64,000 nucleotides of DNA from the NCBI GenBank assembly GCA_964400355.1, contig CAYNTO010000001.1, positions 430,019 to 494,018 of the forward strand, in the 5' to 3' direction. The notes beneath the pieces are model-generated. The model saw only the letters and a list, made by a program, of their open reading frames with translations, was not told the origin of the DNA and made no database searches. Position 1 is the stretch's first letter; every line of letters begins with the position of its first letter. Below are positions 36,374-45,765 of the stretch, in pieces. Both the position numbers and the translations under genes were made by a program. The DNA is from an uncultured Pseudobdellovibrionaceae bacterium (GTDB lineage Bacteria > Bdellovibrionota > Bdellovibrionia > Bdellovibrionales > JAGQZY01).

Positions 36374-39300
36374 TTAGGTGGCAGAATTGATCCAAACACC
36401 GAGTACCGTGCTCAAATTGTTGAGATTGACGGGCTTTGACAAATAATCATTAGCTCCGGCTTCGATACACTTTTCGTGATCTTCGCGCATGGCTTTTGCG
36501 GTGAGCGCAATGATTGGAATTTTTCGAACGCGAGGATCTTCATCTTTACGCAGGGTACGCATCGCCTCAAAGCCATCCATCTTAGGCATCATGATATCCA
36601 TCAGGACGATGTCGATATCTGTATGTTCCTTAACTGCGGCGACACCCTCGAGACCATTGCGGGCCATGCGCACATTAAAGCCTTTCGATTCGAGGGCATT
36701 GGTCAATGCAAACACATTTCGGATGTCATCGTCGACAATAAGTACAGTTTTCCCGGCAAAGGAGTGCGCTTGAGAGCGCAGTTTAGAAATCATCAATTGC
36801 TTGTCGCCAGGAAGCATGGACTCAATTCGGTGTAAGAATAAGTTCACTTCATCGAGTAGGCGCTCTGGAGAACGTACGCCTTTTATAATGATGCTCTCGG
36901 AGTACTTGCGTAGGTATTCTTCTTCTTCAAACGATAGATCCTTACCGGTGTAGATCACTATGGGTGGGAGCGAAATCTCCATTTCGCGCAGTTTGTCTAA
37001 GAGATCGTGGCCGGACATATCTGGCAAGCTCAAATCCAAAACCACGCAATCGATGCCTTCGGTTTGTAGGGCGACAATTGCTTCTTTTCCAGTCTTTACG
37101 GGTTGAACGACGATGTCGTCGCCGGCAATAAGTTCGGTTATTGCCTTTAATTGGACGGCATCATCTTCAACAACAAGCACACTGCGCATCTTTGCGGAAA
37201 GCATCTTTTGAATGCGACCGATAGCTGAGCGCACTTTTTCGATGGTCACTGGTTTTGTGAGATACCCGAGTGCACCCATACGCAGAGCATTCTGTTGAAA
37301 ATCCATCGCAGAGATCATATGCACCGGTACGTGGCGTAGGCGCGAGGATTTTTTAATGGTCTCCAAAATAGAAAGGCCACTCACACCCGGAAGTTTTATA
37401 TCGAGGAGAATCGCGTCTGGGACATAGCGCTCTAAAATGGCCATTGCGATGTCGCCATCTTCGGCCTCGAGCACCTGAAATCCGTTGGCCACGGCGACAC
37501 CGACAATAGAAGCGCGAAACTGAGCCTCATCTTCTACAACTAAAATGGTCTTTGCCGCTTTCTTCAATTTACCAATGGCTTCTGTTGCGAGCGCTTCCAA
37601 ATATTCGGAGCGAGGCGCCGTGACCTGCGAGGCTGTCGGCGCGGGCTTTTGCTCAGCCATTATGTAGTTGTTCTCAATCGCTAGTGAGTCGTGTTTTACG
37701 GTCTCCAGCTGAGTCGGAATGGTGAGGTAAAATGTGCTGCCCTTGCCCTCTTCACTCTCAAGGGCGATGCTGCCTCCCAATAAGGCTGCGAGTTCGCGCG
37801 ATATGGTAAGACCCAAACCTGTGCCACCATATTTTCGGCTGATGGAGCTATCGGCCTGTTCAAAGGCCTCAAAAATTAAACTTTGGCGATCTGCCGGAAT
37901 TCCGACTCCGGTATCGGTTACGGCGAAAGTAATAGTGTCCTTTTTCAAAGAAAGCTCCGCTGTGAGCTTCACGCCGCCTGACTCGGTGAACTTAATGGCG
38001 TTAGAAATAAAATTTCGAAGTATCTGCTCCACGCGCTGGCGATCCGTAGAAAGTACAAAATCGTCGATGTCCCCTTTGGTAGTGATTTCAAATTTAAGAT
38101 GCTTCGCATCCATTTGCGGAGTGAATGTGCGTTTCTTCGATGCGAGCAACGACTTCAGAGAGAATTTGTCCGCACGCACGGCAAGTTTACGCGCTTCAAT
38201 TTTTGAGAGATCGAGAATATCACTGATGAGAAGCAATAAATCATTTCCGGCATTATTTATGGATCTGGCAAATTCTTTTTGCTGCTCGGTCAGCGTGCCT
38301 TCCTTGTTTTCAATAAGGAGCGTTGATAGAATCATCAAACCATTGAGCGGAGTGCGTAGCTCATGAGACATTTTAGCCAGAAAATCCGATTTATACTGTG
38401 TAGACTTTGCCAGGTCGCGCGCTTTCGCCTCCAATTCCAATTGTGTGACATTGAGATCGCGATTGCGAGTCGAGAGCGTCTCCTGCTGCGCTACAAGGGC
38501 GCGCGTTTGAGCTTCGAGCTCCTCGTTATTGGTGCGCAGTTCCTCTTGTTGCGATTGCAATTCCTCTGACTGAGCTTGTGTTTCTTCGAGAAGATCCTTG
38601 AGCCGCGCGCGCGTGAGCGCGGCATTGACGCTAGTGCCGATTGTTTCCAGTGTGTGGTTCAACACATCGCGGACGTCTTCGCTGATTGCTTGAAAAGATG
38701 CCATTTCCAGAATCCCGATGACATTCCCCTGAAAGCTAATCTTTGCGATCGCGATACTTCGCGGGAGCGATTCTCCAAGAGATGTGGATAGATGCCAAAA
38801 ATCTTTTGGCACTTTGTCGACGATCCAAAATCCATCCCGCTTGAGAGCCGTAGTGAACAAAGTAGAACTCACTGGAATAACCTTGCTGTCACTTTCGTCT
38901 TTAACTCCCAAGCTCGATAGAGCAACCAGCGTGTGATCCGAGTTATAGATTAGCAATCGACCAGCAAGAAACCCAAATTTTTCCGTAAGGTACTGAATAA
39001 TTTTGTCCGCTGTTTCGCGGGCGCGTTCATCGTTGAGGGCCAGTTGAGCGATTTCTGATACTACGGAATTTGTAAACGCTGCGGCGGTTGCACGGCGTTG
39101 GTAGCGGAGAATCTGTTGAGCCCCCAGAATTATACCGGCAATGCTCAGCACACTTGTCAGTAAAAGCACGGTGTAAAAGGTGATTCGGCTGCGTTCTGCG
39201 GCGAGCGTCCTGGGCGCGAGTAGCGCCTGTTCTTCGTCGCGCATGTTTTGCAATTGTTCTTCGAGAAGCTGCAAGGTCGCTTTACTGCCTAATGAGAGCT

Positions 39301-39709
39301 CATGGAGCTCTTGGGTTGTTTTTTTGTCCTTTGCAAGAGTGTACATGTTTCTTAGGAGTTCAAATTTTTTAGTTAACAAGTTATCTAGAGCAGTACATTG
39401 CTCCTGCTGTCGCGGATTATCCAGCGTCATCATTCTAATACGATTCGAGTGGAGGAAGGCTTCGCTCTCGGCCTTTGCGAGATCGGCGCGATGATCCAGG
39501 TGCGGGCTACCCATTTGATTGGCGATACTCGCTTCGCCGTCTTTAACGGAGGAGGACACCAATTGGAGTTCGCTCAATACGCGATTGGTGTGGGCAACCC
39601 ACCAGGAATTGTTACTCACATTGGTAAAGTGGTAGAGAAGTAATCCCGCATTAAATGCCAGGAGAATGACAAGGGCGCAGACGACAATGATAACGGATTT
39701 TCGATTCAT
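36374..39709 (-). CDS. hybrid sensor histidine kinase (CHASE3-like, GAF-like, HisKA, HATPase_c, three receiver domains)
   Basis: H-box FLAKMSHELRTPLNG, N/G boxes (RNFISNAIKFT, DTGVGI, GGTGLGL). Three REC domains carry phospho-acceptor contexts ILLDIKLPG, VVLDLSLPDMSG and VLMDIMMPKMDG. Start at ATG 39709 (MNRKSVIIVV). Confidence 0.9.
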   Translation of the reverse strand: MNRKSVIIVVCALVILLAFNAGLLLYHFTNVSNNSWWVAHTNRVLSELQLVSSSVKDGEASIANQMGSPHLDHRADLAKAESEAFLHSNRIRMMTLDNPRQQEQCTALDNLLTKKFELLRNMYTLAKDKKTTQELHELSLGSKATLQLLEEQLQNMRDEEQALLAPRTLAAERSRITFYTVLLLTSVLSIAGIILGAQQILRYQRRATAAAFTNSVVSEIAQLALNDERARETADKIIQYLTEKFGFLAGRLLIYNSDHTLVALSSLGVKDESDSKVIPVSSTLFTTALKRDGFWIVDKVPKDFWHLSTSLGESLPRSIAIAKISFQGNVIGILEMASFQAISEDVRDVLNHTLETIGTSVNAALTRARLKDLLEETQAQSEELQSQQEELRTNNEELEAQTRALVAQQETLSTRNRDLNVTQLELEAKARDLAKSTQYKSDFLAKMSHELRTPLNGLMILSTLLIENKEGTLTEQQKEFARSINNAGNDLLLLISDILDLSKIEARKLAVRADKFSLKSLLASKKRTFTPQMDAKHLKFEITTKGDIDDFVLSTDRQRVEQILRNFISNAIKFTESGGVKLTAELSLKKDTITFAVTDTGVGIPADRQSLIFEAFEQADSSISRKYGGTGLGLTISRELAALLGGSIALESEEGKGSTFYLTIPTQLETVKHDSLAIENNYIMAEQKPAPTASQVTAPRSEYLEALATEAIGKLKKAAKTILVVEDEAQFRASIVGVAVANGFQVLEAEDGDIAMAILERYVPDAILLDIKLPGVSGLSILETIKKSSRLRHVPVHMISAMDFQQNALRMGALGYLTKPVTIEKVRSAIGRIQKMLSAKMRSVLVVEDDAVQLKAITELIAGDDIVVQPVKTGKEAIVALQTEGIDCVVLDLSLPDMSGHDLLDKLREMEISLPPIVIYTGKDLSFEEEEYLRKYSESIIIKGVRSPERLLDEVNLFLHRIESMLPGDKQLMISKLRSQAHSFAGKTVLIVDDDIRNVFALTNALESKGFNVRMARNGLEGVAAVKEHTDIDIVLMDIMMPKMDGFEAMRTLRKDEDPRVRKIPIIALTAKAMREDHEKCIEAGANDYLSKPVNLNNLSTVLGVWINSAT

Positions 39710-39845
39710 ACTTACGGGACTAGCCACAATTTTTACCTCTGAGACGAATTGCAATATCGCGAAGAAGAATCAACGCTATCGCAGCCCGCTGGCAAAGGCA
39801 AGCGGGTGGCGGCGCCGACGGGAGGAGTTGATTGTGAAGTTTTTG

Positions 39846-41006
39846 TCAAAGCAAAGCGTGGAGCTTTTTGATCACCGATTCTCGGTTCTGTTTATTTACT
39901 ACAAGCGTTAAGTTTGTGCTGTCCTGAAGAATGTCGTGAACGCGTTCTCCGTCTATGCATTTCATCGCCTGCGGGAGCAGATCAGACGACACGGCTCCGT
40001 GGCAGGTCATGGTTACAGTCGATAGTTCCTCAAAGTGAGTTGCGCCCATCGACTTGTAGTCGGCGCTTGTGCCTTCGCCCACCACCAATAGGCGAGTCTG
40101 AGTATCGGTAGCATGAGCGGCAAGCAATTGTGGGTAAGGAAGCTCTTTGTCTTTGTAAGTGTTAAAGAATGTCTGTACCAGTTGGGCCGGCTCGGTTTTT
40201 GCAAAAAAAATGCGATGGACATTTTTGTGGCTATTGATGGAAAGTATTTTCTGTTCTTCGATCATAAGGTCAACTCCGTGTACCAGGGTTTTTTCGTTGG
40301 GATTTTCAAAGTGGGAAAGCCGTAGGGGAATTTGCAGCACGCCAGCGAGTTCGGCTGCGCGATAGTGAAGTACTTTTCCGCCCCAATAGGTCATATCCAT
40401 CAGATGTTTGTAAGTGAGTTCAGGTAAATGTTTTGCGGAAGAAACCACTTTGGGATCGGCAGAAAACACGCCGCCGACATCCTTTTTGAAATCACAAATC
40501 TTACTTTTAAAGTGCGCGGCCATTGCCACAGCAGTGGTGTCGGAGCCGCCGCGGCCGAGAGTGGTCACTTCCTTTTCTTTTTCCGAAACGCCCTGGAAAC
40601 CGGCGAGGACGACCAGTTCTCCTTTTTTTAAATGTTGCTCGAGGCGAACTGGACGTGTGGCTTGGATGCGAGCATTGCCATGAGAGTTGTCGGTAATGAT
40701 TCCGGCCTGACTCCCGGTGAGGGAAATCGCTGGAACACCACGATCATTCAAGGCCAGGCTGAGCAGCGCCATTGAGATGCGCTCGCCCGAAGTCAGTAAC
40801 ATGTCCAATTCTCGACGCTTTGGCTTTGGTGCTACGGATTGCGCCAACTGAATCATATCGTCGGTGGTTTTGCCCATCGCGCTCACAACGACAATAATGG
40901 GGGAAGGGTCTGCTTGCTTTTCTGCCAAGAGGTAATCGGCAACAAATTTAATTTTTTCGATATCTGATAGGCTCGCCCCACCAAATTTATAGACCCTTAC
41001 GTGCAT
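39846..41006 (-). CDS. lysC: aspartate kinase
   Basis: VYKFGGASL and VVVSAMGKTTDDM kinase motifs, GRGGSDTTA, and a C-terminal ACT-like region. Confidence 0.9.
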   Translation of the reverse strand: MHVRVYKFGGASLSDIEKIKFVADYLLAEKQADPSPIIVVVSAMGKTTDDMIQLAQSVAPKPKRRELDMLLTSGERISMALLSLALNDRGVPAISLTGSQAGIITDNSHGNARIQATRPVRLEQHLKKGELVVLAGFQGVSEKEKEVTTLGRGGSDTTAVAMAAHFKSKICDFKKDVGGVFSADPKVVSSAKHLPELTYKHLMDMTYWGGKVLHYRAAELAGVLQIPLRLSHFENPNEKTLVHGVDLMIEEQKILSINSHKNVHRIFFAKTEPAQLVQTFFNTYKDKELPYPQLLAAHATDTQTRLLVVGEGTSADYKSMGATHFEELSTVTMTCHGAVSSDLLPQAMKCIDGERVHDILQDSTNLTLVVNKQNRESVIKKLHALL

Positions 41007-41247
41007 CCCTCATGTATAGCCGAACTCCTATCACCGGTCCAGTTGCATAAAGATACCGGTTTAAAAAACACTAAAATTTTTGCCCTGATCTTTGATCCAA
41101 AGTGGGACGGTGGAGGCGTTATCATTATTCAAAATTGATGTTTTTATGGAAGAATAAGAGGGTTGCCATCGTTCAGGAATTCCATGGGATTGGGCACTCT
41201 GGTTATGTGGCCAGGTTTTGAACGGTGTTTCACCAAGGAGGGCTGAA

Positions 41248-42960
41248 GTGCGCATGTGGGCGATCGTTATTGCGGCATTGATAATAGGCGGATGTGTTAG
41301 TTCCAAAAAAGACGGGTTTACGCGCTTCAAAGAAGCCGCCAGTTCAGGTCAAAGTTGCGGCAAGCTCCTCAAAAAATTGCCGGTTCAAAAGGAATCGCAA
41401 ACGTGGTCAGCGGCTCAACAGCAGTCCGTTGAGTTTGCGTACACCACTTGCTTAACGGGTTACCGCGATCTGGCCTCACACGCTTCGGCAATCGAATTCG
41501 TAAAAACTGTGTTTGAAGAACTCGGTGTGCAATACAAAGAAAACACCGAAAAGGGCAGTGTGTCTTTGGTTGGAAGCCTCGAGCCGAACTCCCCAAAAGA
41601 AACCGTCATGATGGTACATGCCACCGATATGATCAATGCTCAAATGATAGACCAAGGCCAGAAAGTTCCGCTATGGGGACAGTCCAATTCCAATTCGCGC
41701 GCTCTCGGTGTGTTGCAGATGATGGCGATGGCATTCGCCTATAAAAAGAAACCTGAGGAGCGCAAATTCAATTTGGCGTTAGCGGTCACCGAACAAGGTC
41801 AATGGAAAGGTGTCGCGAACGATTTTAAAAAAATCACCATTGTGTTGAATGAGGGCGGGCACGCATTTTCTAAACAAAATAAAAATATGTTTCTTATAGG
41901 CAGTGAACAAAAGGGTGGTGCGTGGTTACGCATTCGCCACAAATCACCTGATCGTCTGCTTTCTCATTTAGACAATCTGCTCGCCGTGTTTATGCCCCAT
42001 GAGCCACGCGATTTTAGTGGGCCCGGCAAATGCCACTTGGTGACCATGAACACCAGCGATCAGCAGATCAATTTGGTTCCCAATCGTGTAGAGATGATGA
42101 TCCGTTGTAAAGGCGTCTCGGGCAGCGTTGTTGGCCAAGCATTTGGCCACTCGAATGTATCGATTCATTTGCGCCCCGAAAGTGACATGTACAAGGTGTC
42201 GCTGGAAATTGCCCATCCAAAAGAAAACAAGTATGGCCAGCTCTCAGCCCTACAGATGGCTGCGCAGGGCCTTCAAAAACTTTCTATTATTCCGTTTCGA
42301 GACTGGTCTTTTGAGCAACCTCAATTTTACGGACACCAGCGAACTCCGGCTTCGGTCAATTTCGTCAGTAAAGCAAAGAACGTTTACCCCCAACAATCGG
42401 ATTGGGAAGGCCTGCTCTGGGATCTGGATGAATCGGGCGAGTGGTCCGGGGTTTCTGCGAACATCTCGCCCGCTAAACGCGACGGACCGGAAAAATTATT
42501 TCGCACTTCCTGTTCATGGACGGGCTTTCATGCCGATCAAGAAGGAGCGGAGGCTTTGGTAGATTGCCGTTTGGCGCGCTCCTCGGGCCGCTTGGGAGCG
42601 TTGGAAGATCAGGACGCTAAGGATTTTATTGCCGCCATTCAAAAGCGCGCTAAAGATCCATCATTACAAATTGAAATGATTAAAGGTTGGAATTCGATCA
42701 CCAGTGAAAGCACTCACAAGTTTATTGATTTCGCAAAAGAACAAATTAAAAAAATCTATCCTTCCAGTGAAACCACGACTTGGATGTCGCCGGCGTCGAC
42801 GGTGGTGTACTCCGAAAAGTCTAAGATTCCCACCTATGGTTTCAACCCAATATTGCGCGAGGATATTCTCGAGTTGAACGACAAAACGATCACCCAAGAT
42901 CAGATATTTACTGCCAATCAAATTTATTCAGGCGCGATTTCACGCCTGATTGCTTACTAA
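41248..42960 (+). CDS. lipoprotein, weak resemblance to M20/M28 metallopeptidase fold
   Basis: AAGGAGG lies 7 nt before GTG 41248 (ATG 41254 is the alternative). Lipobox ALIIGGCVSS. VMMVHATDMI and LNEGGHAF vaguely recall M20 metal-ligand segments but look degenerate. The functional call is weak. Confidence 0.5.
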   Translation: MRMWAIVIAALIIGGCVSSKKDGFTRFKEAASSGQSCGKLLKKLPVQKESQTWSAAQQQSVEFAYTTCLTGYRDLASHASAIEFVKTVFEELGVQYKENTEKGSVSLVGSLEPNSPKETVMMVHATDMINAQMIDQGQKVPLWGQSNSNSRALGVLQMMAMAFAYKKKPEERKFNLALAVTEQGQWKGVANDFKKITIVLNEGGHAFSKQNKNMFLIGSEQKGGAWLRIRHKSPDRLLSHLDNLLAVFMPHEPRDFSGPGKCHLVTMNTSDQQINLVPNRVEMMIRCKGVSGSVVGQAFGHSNVSIHLRPESDMYKVSLEIAHPKENKYGQLSALQMAAQGLQKLSIIPFRDWSFEQPQFYGHQRTPASVNFVSKAKNVYPQQSDWEGLLWDLDESGEWSGVSANISPAKRDGPEKLFRTSCSWTGFHADQEGAEALVDCRLARSSGRLGALEDQDAKDFIAAIQKRAKDPSLQIEMIKGWNSITSESTHKFIDFAKEQIKKIYPSSETTTWMSPASTVVYSEKSKIPTYGFNPILREDILELNDKTITQDQIFTANQIYSGAISRLIAY

Positions 42961-42961
42961 C

Positions 42962-44710
42962 TTATTGCTGGACGGGGACATCAAACCGCGGCAGTGGCAG
43001 ACCTGGTAATCCCAGGTCTGGAGCGGGTGCGATCAATGCGGGGGCGGTCTCCTGGCGGGTGACGTAGTCGCTTGAGCGAGTCATGTCATCGACAACGCGC
43101 GTGAGAGACTCCACCCAGTCCTCGGTGATCACTACCGGTGCTGGAGGTGCGGCTGCCGCACCTCCAGCGGGATCCGCTATGTAGCTCGGCATCATTGCGC
43201 GATAGTTGGTAAACATGTGCGAAGCGTAGCGCAGATCTTTGAGAGCCTTGCTGGCACACACATCTCCTATGCCTTCTGCTGCCGCGCCGTGCTTGCGCTT
43301 TTCGTACCACTTGGCCTCTTTAAAGAAGGTGCAATAGTTGTCAACCACGTCGGTGGCGATTCCAAAGTAGCGTCCCAAGTTTTGCAATTTATCAAAATAG
43401 GTTTCAATGGCGGCGCGATCGTCTGCATTCACTTGATCACGGGCAATATCCAACGACTCTAAAATTTGCCCGTAGTATTCAAAGGTGTCGCCCCAAACAG
43501 TGCCACCCCAGTTGAGCCGCGGCCACTTTATACCAGGGTAGGAGTTTTTCAGCACACGTAGAGTGTACACCACGCCCATCAGGTGATTGTCGAGGTGACT
43601 GTTCCACTCTCGGGCTTCGACGATGAGTTGCTTTAAAAACAACGGACCCTGTTCGGTCACCATAAACTTTTGAATGCTGAGCATTTCCGAGCCGATGTCT
43701 TCCAATCCCAGATCTGCCTTTAAATTATTGTCCTCAAGGGAACGAACGCGCAGTGGAATCCAAGTGAGCGTCTTTAGAGAACGATACGTGTGCGTGCCAA
43801 GGCGCTCGGTGTAAAGCTTGTCGATCTGTTTAGCAATGGCGGCGATTTTATTTTCAAAAGCCACAGCCCAGATATCTTGAGTCTTAATCTCTTTTTCCGT
43901 TTTTCTCTCGCGCGCCTTTGTAGACTCTTCTTCAACCAGAAGAATGATTTCGCGGCACTCGGGGCAATTGTCGCGCAGAATTCCAATCTGTTTTTCGAGA
44001 ACACCCTGAAGTTGCATCAATCGAGAAACAGACTCGTAGGGATTGACCAGTTTTTCCAGTTCGCGGCGGTAGTCAAAAAGCGAGCACATACTATCGGCAT
44101 AAGCCATACGTTGCTCGACGTCTTTGAACTTGTAACCTTGGCGGTTTTCTTCGATAGTTTTCATCGCTTTGAGAAAACCGGTGATCACATCGCCGGCCAC
44201 TTGAATGGTCATGCCTGTTTCCGGGCCGCCGATCACCGAAAGAATTTTTGAACCTTCGCCGATGAGACTGGTCACGAATTCCAGAGACATGCCCTGTTTG
44301 TCTTCGTCGAAGCAGGCATCATTCCCGGTAAGTACAGCGAGAAGATTGGAAGTCGTCACAGTGACTTTCTCCACGTAGCTCTCCACGCGTTTTTGCTCGG
44401 CATCGGTAAGGCCTTGAGATTGGCCTTTTGTAATGAGGGCCATAATGTTATCGCGTTCGGCAGTTACCAGATTGGAGAGGTCGCTCACGTCCGCGGTAAT
44501 GCCTTTGCAGTTGGCTTCTTCCTTGATGGCTTTTTTGAGTTCGAGTAGTTTTTTGCGAAAATCTTTAATGGCTTCGTTGGAAGCGGGACACTGGAGCACC
44601 GGAAATGAGGAGTACCCTGTTTCCTCAGTTTCGTTGTCGACCGGTACTTGTGCAAAGGTGTTGGTTGAAAATATCCCCAATACAAGAATAAGTGCAATGC
44701 GCAGATTCAT
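42962..44710 (-). CDS. secreted helical Cys-containing hypothetical protein
   Basis: GGGAGG RBS. MNLRIALILVLGIFSTNTFAQ signal peptide. 582 aa, mostly helical-looking, with a Pro/Ala-rich C-terminus. No family recognised. Confidence 0.6.
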   Translation of the reverse strand: MNLRIALILVLGIFSTNTFAQVPVDNETEETGYSSFPVLQCPASNEAIKDFRKKLLELKKAIKEEANCKGITADVSDLSNLVTAERDNIMALITKGQSQGLTDAEQKRVESYVEKVTVTTSNLLAVLTGNDACFDEDKQGMSLEFVTSLIGEGSKILSVIGGPETGMTIQVAGDVITGFLKAMKTIEENRQGYKFKDVEQRMAYADSMCSLFDYRRELEKLVNPYESVSRLMQLQGVLEKQIGILRDNCPECREIILLVEEESTKARERKTEKEIKTQDIWAVAFENKIAAIAKQIDKLYTERLGTHTYRSLKTLTWIPLRVRSLEDNNLKADLGLEDIGSEMLSIQKFMVTEQGPLFLKQLIVEAREWNSHLDNHLMGVVYTLRVLKNSYPGIKWPRLNWGGTVWGDTFEYYGQILESLDIARDQVNADDRAAIETYFDKLQNLGRYFGIATDVVDNYCTFFKEAKWYEKRKHGAAAEGIGDVCASKALKDLRYASHMFTNYRAMMPSYIADPAGGAAAAPPAPVVITEDWVESLTRVVDDMTRSSDYVTRQETAPALIAPAPDLGLPGLPLPRFDVPVQQ

Positions 44711-44835
44711 ATAACCTCCCACCTGGTAAGAATCTCAAGTCAGGGACAATCTATATGGAACGCGGTGGTGGAGGAAGAGCAGGCATGACGAGGGTGAAAT
44801 AATTCCCTGGCGAACAGAGATTTTTACATCGTTCT

Positions 44836-45723
44836 CTAGAGATGTTTTTTGTAGCTCTTGTTCACGCGATATTCGTTTACGTACTTCATCAAGTCGGCCA
44901 CCTTTGGCGCTAATAGCGGTCCCCCCGTTTTTTCGGAGATAGACGTGCCAACAATAACGGCGTCGACGAGGGGTAAGATATCGGGCGCATTGTCTCTGGA
45001 AAAACCCGAGCCCACAACAACTGGCACGGAGCGGACCCCTTTGCGCGCCTTTGCCAGTCTTTTGAGATCTGGTGATGAACCCGATTGCGAGCCCGACACG
45101 ATAACGCCATTACTGCCTAGCAGCTGTGCGGTTTTAGCCGATTGATCGATGGAAATTTTTGGATTGATCATCTTTGAGTACTTCACCTGAATGTCGGTAA
45201 GTAGAACCACGTTCTCGGCGTTCAGTTCCTTGCGGTATTTGATAAGCCCTTCGGGATCAATGGGCACTGTAATATCATTGGCTTCGACCTCATCGCTAAA
45301 GAAATCGATACGCACAAATTGAGCTTGAGAAGCCTTAGCCAACTTGAGTGTGGCGCCCGGGAAGTGCCAGAGAATCTCCACGCCGATAACCAGATTGGGA
45401 TAGCTTTCGATGACTTTGCGAGTGAGAGCGGCCATCATCTCTTGTTCCCACTGGGGAATTTCACGACTGAGGATTTCACCGCCGCGAAACTCAATCAGCA
45501 GACCGTCCATCTTGCCGTCGGTGGCAATGCGCGCTTGTTCTAAAAGCCATTTTTCGGCGGGAGTGTATGAGTTGGGTTTTAAACGCTCCACCATTATGGC
45601 GGCGATCACCGGTTTGGAGTTTTTAAACAGGCGCATGAATTCATTGGCCTGCGCGCTTTGCAGAGGCAGAAAGAGGGGCGAAAGAAAAAGTGACGTTAAA
45701 AGGATCCAAGATGATTTTGTCAT
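44836..45723 (-). CDS. TIM-barrel-like protein (BtpA/SgcQ-like) with N-terminal signal peptide
   Basis: LLTSLFLSPLFLPLQSAQA signal-like N-terminus. C-terminal PVVVGSGFSRDNAPDILPLVDAVIVGTSISEK resembles the phosphate-binding end of BtpA/SgcQ-type barrels. Family call is tentative. Confidence 0.45.
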   Translation of the reverse strand: MTKSSWILLTSLFLSPLFLPLQSAQANEFMRLFKNSKPVIAAIMVERLKPNSYTPAEKWLLEQARIATDGKMDGLLIEFRGGEILSREIPQWEQEMMAALTRKVIESYPNLVIGVEILWHFPGATLKLAKASQAQFVRIDFFSDEVEANDITVPIDPEGLIKYRKELNAENVVLLTDIQVKYSKMINPKISIDQSAKTAQLLGSNGVIVSGSQSGSSPDLKRLAKARKGVRSVPVVVGSGFSRDNAPDILPLVDAVIVGTSISEKTGGPLLAPKVADLMKYVNEYRVNKSYKKHL

Positions 45724-45765
45724 AGTCTGGATTTACCATTGAAGGCGTGTGCGGGCCATCAAAAA

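Noticed and set aside
37734-38366. 210-aa ORF antisense to the histidine kinase
   Set aside because: Shadow ORF within the HisKA/HATPase coding region.
41007-41247. Lysine (L-box) riboswitch upstream of lysC
   Set aside because: The 240-nt leader shows none of the conserved L-box segments I know (the GAGGCGC-type start, the kink-turn/loop E regions). There are only weak ACCGG hairpins.
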